64,000 bases of DNA. Origin: an uncultured Spirochaetota bacterium (lineage in GTDB: Bacteria > Spirochaetota > Spirochaetia > SZUA-6 > Fen-1364). The DNA is taken from assembly GCA_963781885.1 (NCBI GenBank), contig CAWAHW010000001.1, positions 612,615 through 676,614 of the forward strand, written 5' to 3'. Of the stretch, positions 32,592 through 41,557 are shown one piece after another. The position numbers were made by a program, and so were the translations under genes. The notes under the pieces were generated by a model. The model saw only the letters and a program-made list of their open reading frames with translations. It did no database searches and was not told where the DNA came from. Within the stretch, counting starts at the first letter, position 1, and every line of letters starts with the position of its first letter.

Positions 32592-34061
32592 GGGCTCACC
32601 TCCAGCCTTTCCCCCGTCATCTGCTCGATGTCCGCCATTGCTTCCTCCCGCGTATAGAGGGCGAAGAGCAGGTCGAGCTGCGCCGTGCCGTCCATGATGT
32701 CCGCGCCGCGCTCGTCGTCCTGGCTCGCCACCCCGTTCTGGAAGGAGACGCGTGCATTCTTCAGCCGCTCCGCCGCGTAGTCGGCGGCCGCTTGCTTCTC
32801 TTTCACGACGGCATCGGCTTTCACCGCCGCTTCAATTCCAGACCGCATACCCACCCGCACCAGCTTCTCCGTTTCTCCCAGCCCCGTGGTCGCCATCTCG
32901 GCGTCCTTCTGCGCCTCGCCGATGCGCGCGTAGGAGGCCAGGCCGTCGAAAACACTCATCTTCAGACCGAGGCTGATGATCACGTCGTAGTTCCAGCCCG
33001 TCCCCGTGGCGGAGTCCCACGCCCACGCCCACTTCGTGACGTCCCAGGATCCCTCCTGAGCGGTCACGTCGAGGGTAACCCCGAGAGAGACGTCAGGCAG
33101 GAGCATTGCCGAGCCTTTTGCAATGGAAAGCTTCTTCGCCGCGAGCCCCGCACGGGTGCGGCCGGCCGCCATGTCGGTGGATGCCGCGAGCGCCTTCGCG
33201 CGCAGTGCGGGCTCGTCCAGCGGCGCCAGCGCGGCGCTCCAGCCGGTGGCCAGATCGATCGCGGTCGGATCCAGGCCCGTCAGCATGCCGAGATTCTCCC
33301 GCGCCGTGGCTTCGCTCTGCTGCGCCTCGGTGAGCCGTTCCTCGATGGCGGCAAGATCGGACTGCGCCTGGAGCACGGCCTCCCGGGTGACCGTGCCCTG
33401 GTCGAAGGCGGTCTGCCGGTCGGCGGCGATGCCCGCCGCCGTGTCCCGCAGACGCTGCAGCACTTTTGCCGATTCCTGGGCGAGCAGCGCGCCGAAGTAC
33501 GACCGGTGCACCTGCCGGTCCATGTCGCGCCGTTGCGCGAGCAGGTCGTCGCCGCCGCATCCACGGCGAGTGCCGCCGCATCGATCGCGTTCTTGATTTT
33601 TCCCCAGGTGAAGAGGGGCTGCGACAGTGTCGCGGCAATGGTGACGACGCTCGGCTTCTGCGCGCCGATAGTAAGGTCGCTCGACGGCAGGGAGATGGGG
33701 GAGCCCAGCGGGATCGGATTGGGGTTGTAGACAGGGTACGTGCCGAAGCCGGGCGTGTGCACGGGATTTCGGGAGAGAACGTGCCCAGCGAGCCCGCCGC
33801 CACGGTATAGCCCTGCGGTGGGTTGGTGAGATAGGCACCCGATGCCTGGAGGTCCACGTGCGGCCACACGTTGGCGGACGCCTCCTGCACGGCAATCCGC
33901 GTCTTCTGGAGGGCGAGCATCTTGAGCTGCACGGCATCGGAGCTTTTCTGCGCAAGGTCGTATGCCGCCGAAAGGCTCACTGGTTGCGCCGGGGCCGCGG
34001 GAAGGCAAAACACGGAGAAAAATAGAAGGCAGAGCGCGACGGCCGCGGTCGTCACACGCAT
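32588..34061 (-). CDS. TolC-family outer-membrane channel, frameshifted at ~33770 and ~33550
   Basis: Signal peptide in ORF 33093..34061, LSQPLFTWG in ORF 33280..34008, and the C-terminal half in ORF 32588..33955. Confidence 0.8.
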
Positions 34062-34062
34062 G

Positions 34063-34641
34063 TCATCCTCCTGCCAGCATCAAGGTGATGGTGTGCTTCA
34101 AGCCGTTGATCTCGTCGTCGACGTGGGACGCATCGGCGAGGGCAGCGGAGAAAAGCACCCCCACGACGGTGACGCGGATGAGCGACCGCCGATGGTCGGG
34201 ATCGCCGGCAAGACGGACGGCGCGCGTTTGCCGGGCCGCGGCAAGCCTTTCCACGAGCCGGCAGAACTCCTCGATCCTGCCCTGCATGATGTTCATCTGG
34301 CTGGACTCGAAAAGCATGCCGCGAAGGAGCGGCAGGTAGCGCTTCAAGCTGTCGAAGCCGACCTCCAGGAAGCTGTCGATCCTCTCCTCGACGGGTCGGT
34401 CGGCATCGACGATCTCCCGGATGCGCTGGAGAAAGCCGTCCCAGCCGCGCTGGACGGTCGCGCGGAACAGGTCCTTCTTGTCCTTGAAGTACGTGTAGAT
34501 CGTGCCGGAGGATATGCCGGCCTTGTCGGCAATATCCTTGATCACCGTGGCATTGAACCCCGTCTCGCCGAACACGGAGAAGGCGGCTTCGATGATCTGT
34601 GCCGGCTTCTCTTCATCCCTGTTTCTTGCCATTCCTGCCAT
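34063..34641 (-). CDS. TetR/AcrR-family transcriptional regulator
   Basis: HTH IADKAGISSGTIYTYFKDK; start at ATG 34641 or 34632. Confidence 0.92.
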   Translation of the reverse strand: MAGMARNRDEEKPAQIIEAAFSVFGETGFNATVIKDIADKAGISSGTIYTYFKDKKDLFRATVQRGWDGFLQRIREIVDADRPVEERIDSFLEVGFDSLKRYLPLLRGMLFESSQMNIMQGRIEEFCRLVERLAAARQTRAVRLAGDPDHRRSLIRVTVVGVLFSAALADASHVDDEINGLKHTITLMLAGG

Positions 34642-34647
34642 CCGATA

Positions 34648-34669
34648 ATTAATTGATTGTTCAATTAAT
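34648..34669. promoter_or_regulatory. Putative TetR operator
   Basis: Perfect 9-bp inverted repeat ATTAATTGA-TTGT-TCAATTAAT immediately upstream of tetR in an AT-rich patch. Confidence 0.75.
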
Positions 34670-34761
34670 AATATGAAAAACGTGAGAAAGTGGCAAGCCC
34701 CCGTATGACGCCGCAACACGGCCGTGGCATTCGGCTATACTCCCCGCCGGGAAAGGCCTGG

Positions 34762-35115
34762 ATGCGCAACGCGGCATTACTCCTGTGCTATTTCGTGTTC
34801 GTGACCTCCGCGAACGTCTTTCTCAAGCTCTCCGCCGGCGCGGAAACGGTCTGGTACTTTGTTCTCATGCAGATCGCCGGCAACCTCGCGGGCTTTGTCG
34901 GCATATTGGCCTACACCGACCTCCTCCAGAGACTGCCGCTGCACGTCGCTTTCCCGCTCAGCCGCGGCGTCGTTGTGCTGGGCGTGCAGCTTGCCGCGTC
35001 CCTGCTCTTCTTCCACGAGGTCTTCAAGCCCACGGAGGCCGCAGGCGCGGCGCTCGTCGCGGCGGGCATCATCCTGGTCGGCGCGAGCGCGCGCCATGAG
35101 GAAAAGCCGGCATGA
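34762..35115 (+). CDS. SMR/DMT-like four-TM membrane protein, subunit 1
   Basis: 117 aa, four hydrophobic helices, LPLHVAFPL and FFHE motifs. Confidence 0.75.
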   Translation: MRNAALLLCYFVFVTSANVFLKLSAGAETVWYFVLMQIAGNLAGFVGILAYTDLLQRLPLHVAFPLSRGVVVLGVQLAASLLFFHEVFKPTEAAGAALVAAGIILVGASARHEEKPA

Positions 35116-35438
35116 GGACCTTTCTGCTCCTGCTCGCGGACATGATCGCGAACACGGGCGCCCACGTCGCCCTGAAGAGGTCGGCCGCGCGCAAGGGGGT
35201 GAAGCTCTTCATCCTCTGGCAGGTGATCGGAAACCTCGCCGGCTTCGTCGGCGTCCTGGCCTATACGGCTCTGATGCGCACCATGTCGCTCCACGTCGCC
35301 TACCCGCTCACCGAAGGGCTCACCGCCATCGGCGTGCAGATCGTGGGCGGCGTGATATTCTTCCGGGAAAAGATCACGCCGCTCGCCTGGGCAGGCACGG
35401 GGTTGATCCTCTGCGGTATCGTGCTGTTCAGTATCTGA
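35112..35438 (+). CDS. SMR/DMT-like four-TM membrane protein, subunit 2
   Basis: 108 aa paralogue sharing GNLAGFVG.LAYT and LHVA.PL; ATGA overlap. Confidence 0.78.
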   Translation: MRTFLLLLADMIANTGAHVALKRSAARKGVKLFILWQVIGNLAGFVGVLAYTALMRTMSLHVAYPLTEGLTAIGVQIVGGVIFFREKITPLAWAGTGLILCGIVLFSI

Positions 35439-35453
35439 AGAGGGGGAACGGGG

Positions 35454-36605
35454 ATGGCAGACACAAAACGCTTCATCGACGAGCTGCGCAACGCCTGGCG
35501 GGATGAGAAGGGCGCGGCCCTCACGTATGCCGCTGCCGCGGAAAAGGAAAAGGATGCCCGGCGGCGCGACATTTATCTCCGCATGGCCGCGGAGGAGGAA
35601 AAGCACGCCGAGCGCTGGGAAAAGCGCCTCCGCGAGCTGGACGCAGCGCCTGGTGCATACATCGAGACTTCCGCTGAGATCCAGAAGCGCAGCGACCTTG
35701 TGGGCAAGAACCCCGACGTGATCGCCTCCACCATGGCAACGGCTGAAGGCAATGCGGACGGCGCCTACGTGCTGCTCGCCTCCCTCGCGCCCACGGAGGA
35801 GGACCGCGCCGCATTCGGCGACGCCGGGCGCGCCGAGCGCGCGCACGACCGCGTCCTCCGCGACATGGCCTCCCGCGCCGAGCATCCCCGCACCGCGCTG
35901 GACAGAATCCTCGGGCGGGAGAGGCACGTCCGCGGCGGCGGCTGGATCGGGCAGGCCATCTACGGCATCAACGACGGGCTGGGCGCGGCCTTCGGCGTCG
36001 TGAGCGGCGTCGCGGGGGCGACTCACGTGAACGGCTCCTTCGTCCTTCTGAGCGGCTTTGCCTCCATGATCGCCTCGGCGCTTTCAATGGGAAGCGGCGC
36101 CTACCTTGCCACCAAGTCGGAAAAGGAGGTGCACGAGGCGGAGCTCGACCGCGAGCGCAAGGAGATCAAGGAGCACCCCGAGGAGGAGCAGGAGGAGCTT
36201 TCCCTCTTCTACCAGCTCAAGGGCTTCACGGAGGTGGAAGCCAACGCAATGGCCGCCCGCATGGCGGAGAACCCCGAGGAGATGCTCCGGACCCTCGCGC
36301 ATGAGGAGCTGGGCCTCTCCGAGCAGGCATTCTCCAGTCCGTGGAAGTCCGCCGGCAGCGCGACGGTGAGCACGGCCGTCGGCGCCGCGGTGCCCGTTCT
36401 TCCCTATCTCTTCATCGGCGGCGTCGCGGCGCTCGTCACTTCCTTCGTCATCAGCACGCTGGCGCATTTCGCCGTGGGCGCCGCCAAGGTGGTGGTGACG
36501 GGCCGGTCGTGGTGGAAAAGCGGCCTGGAAATGATGGTGATCGGCCTGGGCGAGGCGGCGATCACCTACGGCATCGGCATCCTCATTTCCCCCATGATAC
36601 GGTGA
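35454..36605 (+). CDS. Rubrerythrin/ferritin-like domain fused to a VIT1/CCC1 transporter (MbfA-like)
   Basis: N-terminal E...EEKH...E...ERAH di-iron pattern; VIT1 motifs GINDGL, SMGSGAYL and HEELG. Confidence 0.87.
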   Translation: MADTKRFIDELRNAWRDEKGAALTYAAAAEKEKDARRRDIYLRMAAEEEKHAERWEKRLRELDAAPGAYIETSAEIQKRSDLVGKNPDVIASTMATAEGNADGAYVLLASLAPTEEDRAAFGDAGRAERAHDRVLRDMASRAEHPRTALDRILGRERHVRGGGWIGQAIYGINDGLGAAFGVVSGVAGATHVNGSFVLLSGFASMIASALSMGSGAYLATKSEKEVHEAELDRERKEIKEHPEEEQEELSLFYQLKGFTEVEANAMAARMAENPEEMLRTLAHEELGLSEQAFSSPWKSAGSATVSTAVGAAVPVLPYLFIGGVAALVTSFVISTLAHFAVGAAKVVVTGRSWWKSGLEMMVIGLGEAAITYGIGILISPMIR

Positions 36606-36694
36606 GGTTCTCCGTGGTCCCCGCGGCGCCTCCGCGTCGTGGAGTTGCATATTCTTGATTTCCGCGCAATTCTATGCGAAACATGAGGTGAAAA

Positions 36695-37267
36695 ATGGCC
36701 GACAGACATTCCCTCGGTGAGAAGGTACGCTCGGTCCGCGAATCGCGCAGCTTGAGCACCGAACAGCTGGCCGAAAGGGCCGATCTTGCCCCCGAGCTGG
36801 TGGCGCAGATCGAATCGGGCGCCCTCATCCCCTCCCTGAGCCCCCTGATCAGGATCGCACGCTCCCTGGGCGTGCGGCTGGGCACGTTCCTCGACGACCA
36901 GGAGCAGATCGGTCCCGTGATCTCCCGGGTCGGCGAGCACGAGACCGTGGTGCGCTTCAGCGGACGGGAGCGCCCGGCGCGCAGCGACCTTGACTTCTAC
37001 TCCCTTGCCGCGAACAAGGCCGGCCGGCACATGGAGCCCTTCCTCATCGACATCCACCCCGGCTCGGCCCAGGCTGTCCGCGCCTCCGCGCACGAGGGGG
37101 AGGAGTTCATCTACGTGCTCTCCGGTGTCGTGGAGGTGGCGTACGGCAACGACCTCTACAGGCTTTCGGCCGGGGATTGCATCTACTACGACAGCATTGT
37201 CCCGCACCACGTGCACAGCGCCGGAGACACCGAGGCCCGGGTGGTCGCGGTGGTGTACGCGCCATGA
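36695..37267 (+). CDS. XRE-family HTH + cupin regulator
   Basis: N-terminal HTH, HMEPF and HEGEEFIYV...YYDS..PH. Confidence 0.92.
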   Translation: MADRHSLGEKVRSVRESRSLSTEQLAERADLAPELVAQIESGALIPSLSPLIRIARSLGVRLGTFLDDQEQIGPVISRVGEHETVVRFSGRERPARSDLDFYSLAANKAGRHMEPFLIDIHPGSAQAVRASAHEGEEFIYVLSGVVEVAYGNDLYRLSAGDCIYYDSIVPHHVHSAGDTEARVVAVVYAP

Positions 37268-38925
37268 GCGCCGACGGCCTGATCACCGAAACGCTCAGCG
37301 CCACGCTCGAGCGCCAGGCAGCACTCCATCCCGACAAGGACTTCATTGCGTTTCCCGACCGCAATCTTCGCTTCCCCTACGCGGATTTTGTGAAACGCGT
37401 GGCGGACCTTGCGTATGGGCTCCTTGCCATCGGCATCCGCACGGGCGACCACGTCGGGATCTGGGCGACGAATGTCCCCGACTGGCTCACGTATTTCTTC
37501 GCGGCGTCGAAGATCGGTGCGATCACCGTGACGGTGAACACCGCCTACCGCACCCACGAGCTGGAATATCTGATCAAACAGTCCGATATCAAGGCGCTCT
37601 GTCTCATCGACGGGTACCGCGACAGCGACTACGTTGCGATGGTGAACGAGCTCATCCCCGAGCTGCAGAGCTGCCAGCGCGGCGCTCTTGTCTCCGCGCG
37701 CTTCCCGCGCCTGCAATCGGTGATCTTCATGGGGCCCGAGAAGCATCGCGGCATGTACACCACCCCCGAGCTGCTGCTCCTGGGAAGCCATTCCCGAAAC
37801 GGGGAGATCGACCGCATCTCCGCCGGGCTTTCCTGCCGCGACGTGATCAACATGCAGTACACGTCGGGCACGACCGGTTTCCCCAAGGGCGTGATGCTCA
37901 CGCACCTCAACATCCTCACCAACGGGTTCCACATCGGGGAGAGACAGAAGTTCACCGACGCCGAGCGCGTCTGCCTTCCCGCGCCGCTGTTCCATTGCTT
38001 CGGGCTCGTGCTGGGCATGATGGCCATCGTGACGCACGGGGCGACGGCCGTGATCGTGGAAAGCTTCGACCCGGTTCTCGTTCTGGCGTCCGTGCAGAAG
38101 GAGAAATGCACGGCCCTGTACGGGGTGCCCACGATGTTCATCGCGGAGCTTGCCCATCCCATGTTCGGCATGTTCGACCTGCGGAGCCTGCGCACGGGGA
38201 TCATGGCCGGCTCCCCCTGCCCGACCGAGGTGATGAAGCGCGTCATCTCCGAGATGCACGCCACCGAGATCACCATCGCCTACGGGCTGACCGAGGGATC
38301 TCCCGTCATGACCCAGACCTCCACGGACGACCCGCTGGAGCTGCGCGTCTCCACCGTGGGCCAGCGCCTGCCGGGCATCGAGGTGCGCATCGTCAGCACG
38401 GACACCAACGAGGAGGTGCCGCCGGGCACCCAGGGCGAGGTGGTGTGCCGCGGCTACAACGTCATGAAGGGCTACTACAAGATGCCCGCGGAAACCGCGG
38501 AAGCCATCGACGCCGACGGGTGGCTGCATTCCGGGGATCTCGGGACCATGGACGAGAACGGCTACTTCAAGATCACCGGCCGCATCAAGGACATGATCAT
38601 CCGGGGCGGGGAAAACGTGTACCCCCGGGAGATTGAGGAGTACCTCCTCACGATGAACGGCGTGAAGGACGTGCAAGTAGCCGGCATCGCGAGCCCGAAG
38701 TACGGCGAAGAGGTCGGCGCGTTCATCATCTGCAGGGACGGCGCCTGCCTGTCGGAGGAGGACGTGCGGGACTTCTGCCGCGGAAAGATCTCGCGCTTCA
38801 AGATTCCCCGGCACGTTTTTTTCGTCGACTCCTATCCCATGACGGCGAGCGGCAAGATCCAGAAATATAAGCTGCGCGAATTGGGCCCCGCGCTCCTTGC
38901 CGAACGCGGCACGCAGGTGGTGTAG
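37264..38925 (+). CDS. Acyl-CoA synthetase (AMP-binding)
   Basis: [29 protein letters not shown] and SGKIQK; ATGA overlap with the XRE gene. Confidence 0.93.
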   Translation: MSADGLITETLSATLERQAALHPDKDFIAFPDRNLRFPYADFVKRVADLAYGLLAIGIRTGDHVGIWATNVPDWLTYFFAASKIGAITVTVNTAYRTHELEYLIKQSDIKALCLIDGYRDSDYVAMVNELIPELQSCQRGALVSARFPRLQSVIFMGPEKHRGMYTTPELLLLGSHSRNGEIDRISAGLSCRDVINMQYTSGTTGFPKGVMLTHLNILTNGFHIGERQKFTDAERVCLPAPLFHCFGLVLGMMAIVTHGATAVIVESFDPVLVLASVQKEKCTALYGVPTMFIAELAHPMFGMFDLRSLRTGIMAGSPCPTEVMKRVISEMHATEITIAYGLTEGSPVMTQTSTDDPLELRVSTVGQRLPGIEVRIVSTDTNEEVPPGTQGEVVCRGYNVMKGYYKMPAETAEAIDADGWLHSGDLGTMDENGYFKITGRIKDMIIRGGENVYPREIEEYLLTMNGVKDVQVAGIASPKYGEEVGAFIICRDGACLSEEDVRDFCRGKISRFKIPRHVFFVDSYPMTASGKIQKYKLRELGPALLAERGTQVV

Positions 38926-38948
38926 GTCCGCCGGGCCCGCGCGCCCCT

Positions 38949-40841
38949 TCAGAACTTGAAGACCCCCAGGAGCGCCGTCGTCATCCACGGCACGTAGGTG
39001 ATGATGAGCACCGCCAGGAGCATGACGAGCTGGAAGGGGAGCACGTCGCGGTAGATGCGCACGAGCGGCTTTTCGAAGCGGTAGGAGGCAAGGAAGAGAT
39101 TCAGCCCCAGGGGCGGGGTGACGTAGCCCAGCTCGAGGTTGGCAAGGAAGATGATGCCCAGGTGAACGGGATTGATGCCGTAGGCCGCGCCCAGCGGCGT
39201 GATGAGCGGCACGACGATCGTGATGGCCGAAAATATGTCGATGAAGAATCCCTTGACGATCAGCACGAGATTGAGAAGCAGCAGGAAGACGTACGGCGAG
39301 TGGACGTGGGTGCGCATCCAGTCCGCCAGGTGCATCGGGATCTGCGCGTCCACGATGTAATAGGCGAAACCGCTCGCCATGGCGAGGATCATGAGGATGC
39401 CGCCGAGTATCACGACGCTCTTCAGGAGCACGGCGGGAAGCTGACGGATCTTCAGGTCCCGGTGGACGACGACCTCCAGCACCAGGGCGTAGATCACGGC
39501 CACGGCGCCCGTCTCCACGAGAGTCGTGATCCCTTTCAGGAAGAGAACGAGGATGACGACGGGCAGGAGGATCTCCCCGAGGGACCGCAGGAGGGCGGGC
39601 AGGGCCTCCCGCGGGGTGAAGGGGATGCGCGGCACCTTGTCCCGGCGCGCCCGCCAGACGCCGATCGCCGCGATGCTTGCCACGAGGAAGACGCCGGGGA
39701 GGATGCCGCCGACGAACATCTGTTTGATGTTCGTGAGGGAGACGACGCCATAGAGGATGACCGGCAGGCTCGGCGGGAAGAGCAGACCGATGCTCCCCGA
39801 CGCGGTGAGGAGGCCCCGGCCGAAGCGCTCGTCGTAGCCGCTGCCCTTGAGGATGAAGAGCAGGAGCGTGCCCACCGCAATGATCGTCACGCCGGAGGCA
39901 CCCGTGAACGTCGTGAGGAAGGCGCAGATGAGGATGCTCATGAGCGCCAGTCCTCCGGGCAGCCATCCGAAGAGGGCGCGGAAGAGATTCACCAGGCGTT
40001 CGCCTGACTTGCTTTCAGAGATGATGTAGCCGGCAAGGGTGAAAAGCGGGATGGAGGGTATGACGTCTCCCGTGAGCATCGTGTAGGCCTGGTTCGCCGC
40101 GGTCTCCATCGCCCCGCCCGTGTGGAGGAAGAACAGGAGCGCGAGCCCCCCCACGAACACGAAGATCGGTCCGCCGAGGAAGACGCACGCGACCAGCAGA
40201 ATGATGAGGGGAAGGTGCGCCGCGGAGAGGATCGGGACGAGCGCGTGGGACACCGCGGGGCCTGCCGTGGTGAACCAGCTGCCCGTGGGGAACGGGAAGA
40301 TCGCGAGGATGGCCGACACCAGGGGGTCCCACGCGAGCAACACGCCCAGGGGCACGCCCAGCAGCACGAGGAGGCGCCGGCCGCCGCCCCTCTGCGGCGC
40401 GCGGATGAAGCGCAGGGCCATCCCGGCAAAGCCGATGGGCATGATGCACGTGGCAATCTTGATCGGCACGACGCCGACGGTGTCCGTCGGGCCGAAGCCC
40501 GAGAGGATGAAGGAGAGCGACGCGATGGCGGCGGCCGCGCACACGGCGGAGGCGATCAGCGAGGTCGCGGTGACCACGACGCGGCGCGCCGATTCGGGCA
40601 TCCGCTCGAGGCCGATCGTGAGGGAGAGGTGGCTCTTCTCCCGCGTGGTGACCAGGGCGCCGGCAAAGGCGATCCAGAGGACGAGGTGCCGGACATAGTC
40701 CGTCGACGCACGTATCTCCGGGACGCCGATCAGGCGTGCGACAATGCCCGCGGCAAGCAGCAGGGTCAGCGCGGCGAGCAGCACCGGGGTGAAGGCATTC
40801 TCCACCCGTCGAACACCCTGCAAAAGACGCTGACCCGCCAT
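38949..40841 (-). CDS. TRAP transporter fused small + large permease (DctQ-DctM)
   Basis: DctQ-like N-terminal four TMs; DctM motifs IPLFTLAG, GLLFPPS, PVHLG and TPPLGLNLF. Confidence 0.88.
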   Translation of the reverse strand: MAGQRLLQGVRRVENAFTPVLLAALTLLLAAGIVARLIGVPEIRASTDYVRHLVLWIAFAGALVTTREKSHLSLTIGLERMPESARRVVVTATSLIASAVCAAAAIASLSFILSGFGPTDTVGVVPIKIATCIMPIGFAGMALRFIRAPQRGGGRRLLVLLGVPLGVLLAWDPLVSAILAIFPFPTGSWFTTAGPAVSHALVPILSAAHLPLIILLVACVFLGGPIFVFVGGLALLFFLHTGGAMETAANQAYTMLTGDVIPSIPLFTLAGYIISESKSGERLVNLFRALFGWLPGGLALMSILICAFLTTFTGASGVTIIAVGTLLLFILKGSGYDERFGRGLLTASGSIGLLFPPSLPVILYGVVSLTNIKQMFVGGILPGVFLVASIAAIGVWRARRDKVPRIPFTPREALPALLRSLGEILLPVVILVLFLKGITTLVETGAVAVIYALVLEVVVHRDLKIRQLPAVLLKSVVILGGILMILAMASGFAYYIVDAQIPMHLADWMRTHVHSPYVFLLLLNLVLIVKGFFIDIFSAITIVVPLITPLGAAYGINPVHLGIIFLANLELGYVTPPLGLNLFLASYRFEKPLVRIYRDVLPFQLVMLLAVLIITYVPWMTTALLGVFKF

Positions 40842-40873
40842 GCCCCCGAAAGTACTCACGGCGGGTGACTTCT

Positions 40874-41557
40874 TCAAGCAGGCACGACGCACAGCCGGTA
40901 GCCGACGCCCGGCTCGTTGAGGATCAGCGTCGGCATCTGCGGGTTGCGCTCGATTTTTTTCCTGAGCCCCGCGATGTAGACGCGCAGGTAATTCGTCTCC
41001 TCATCGGCGTGGGGACCCCATACCTCGCGGAGGATCTGGCGGTGGGTGAGGATGCGCCCCGCGTGCTGCACGAAAAGCCGCAGGAGGCTGTACTCCGTGG
41101 GCGTGAGCTTCACCGCTTTTCCGTCCACGCTCACCGATCGGTCCAGGAGGTTCACGGCGAGACCCCCGGACACGAACAGCTGCTGCGCCTCCTCGGGCGC
41201 GTGGTGCCGGATGGCGACCTTCATGCGCGCGATCAGCTCTCCCGTGTTGAACGGCTTCACGACGTAGTCGTCTGCGCTCGCGTCCAGGAGGCGCACGATG
41301 TCCTCTTCCGCGTTCCGCACCGACAGGATGATGATGGGCACCGCGGTCCAGGAGCGCAGCTCGGCGAGCACCTCCGCCCCGTCGCGGTCGGGAAGCCCGA
41401 GGTCGAGCAGGACGATGTCGGGCTTCTTGCCGAGCACCATCTGCACGCCCTCCGCGCCGGTGGCCGCATCGTGCACCGTGTAGCCCTGCTTCTCCAGCGC
41501 GACGCGCAGGAGCCGGCGGATCTGGGCCTCGTCGTCGATGACAAGGACGTCGGTCAT
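40874..41557 (-). CDS. kdpE: KDP operon response regulator
   Basis: LDLGLPD.DG, LRVYI..LRKKIE and EPGVGY; coupled to kdpD. Confidence 0.93.
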   Translation of the reverse strand: MTDVLVIDDEAQIRRLLRVALEKQGYTVHDAATGAEGVQMVLGKKPDIVLLDLGLPDRDGAEVLAELRSWTAVPIIILSVRNAEEDIVRLLDASADDYVVKPFNTGELIARMKVAIRHHAPEEAQQLFVSGGLAVNLLDRSVSVDGKAVKLTPTEYSLLRLFVQHAGRILTHRQILREVWGPHADEETNYLRVYIAGLRKKIERNPQMPTLILNEPGVGYRLCVVPA

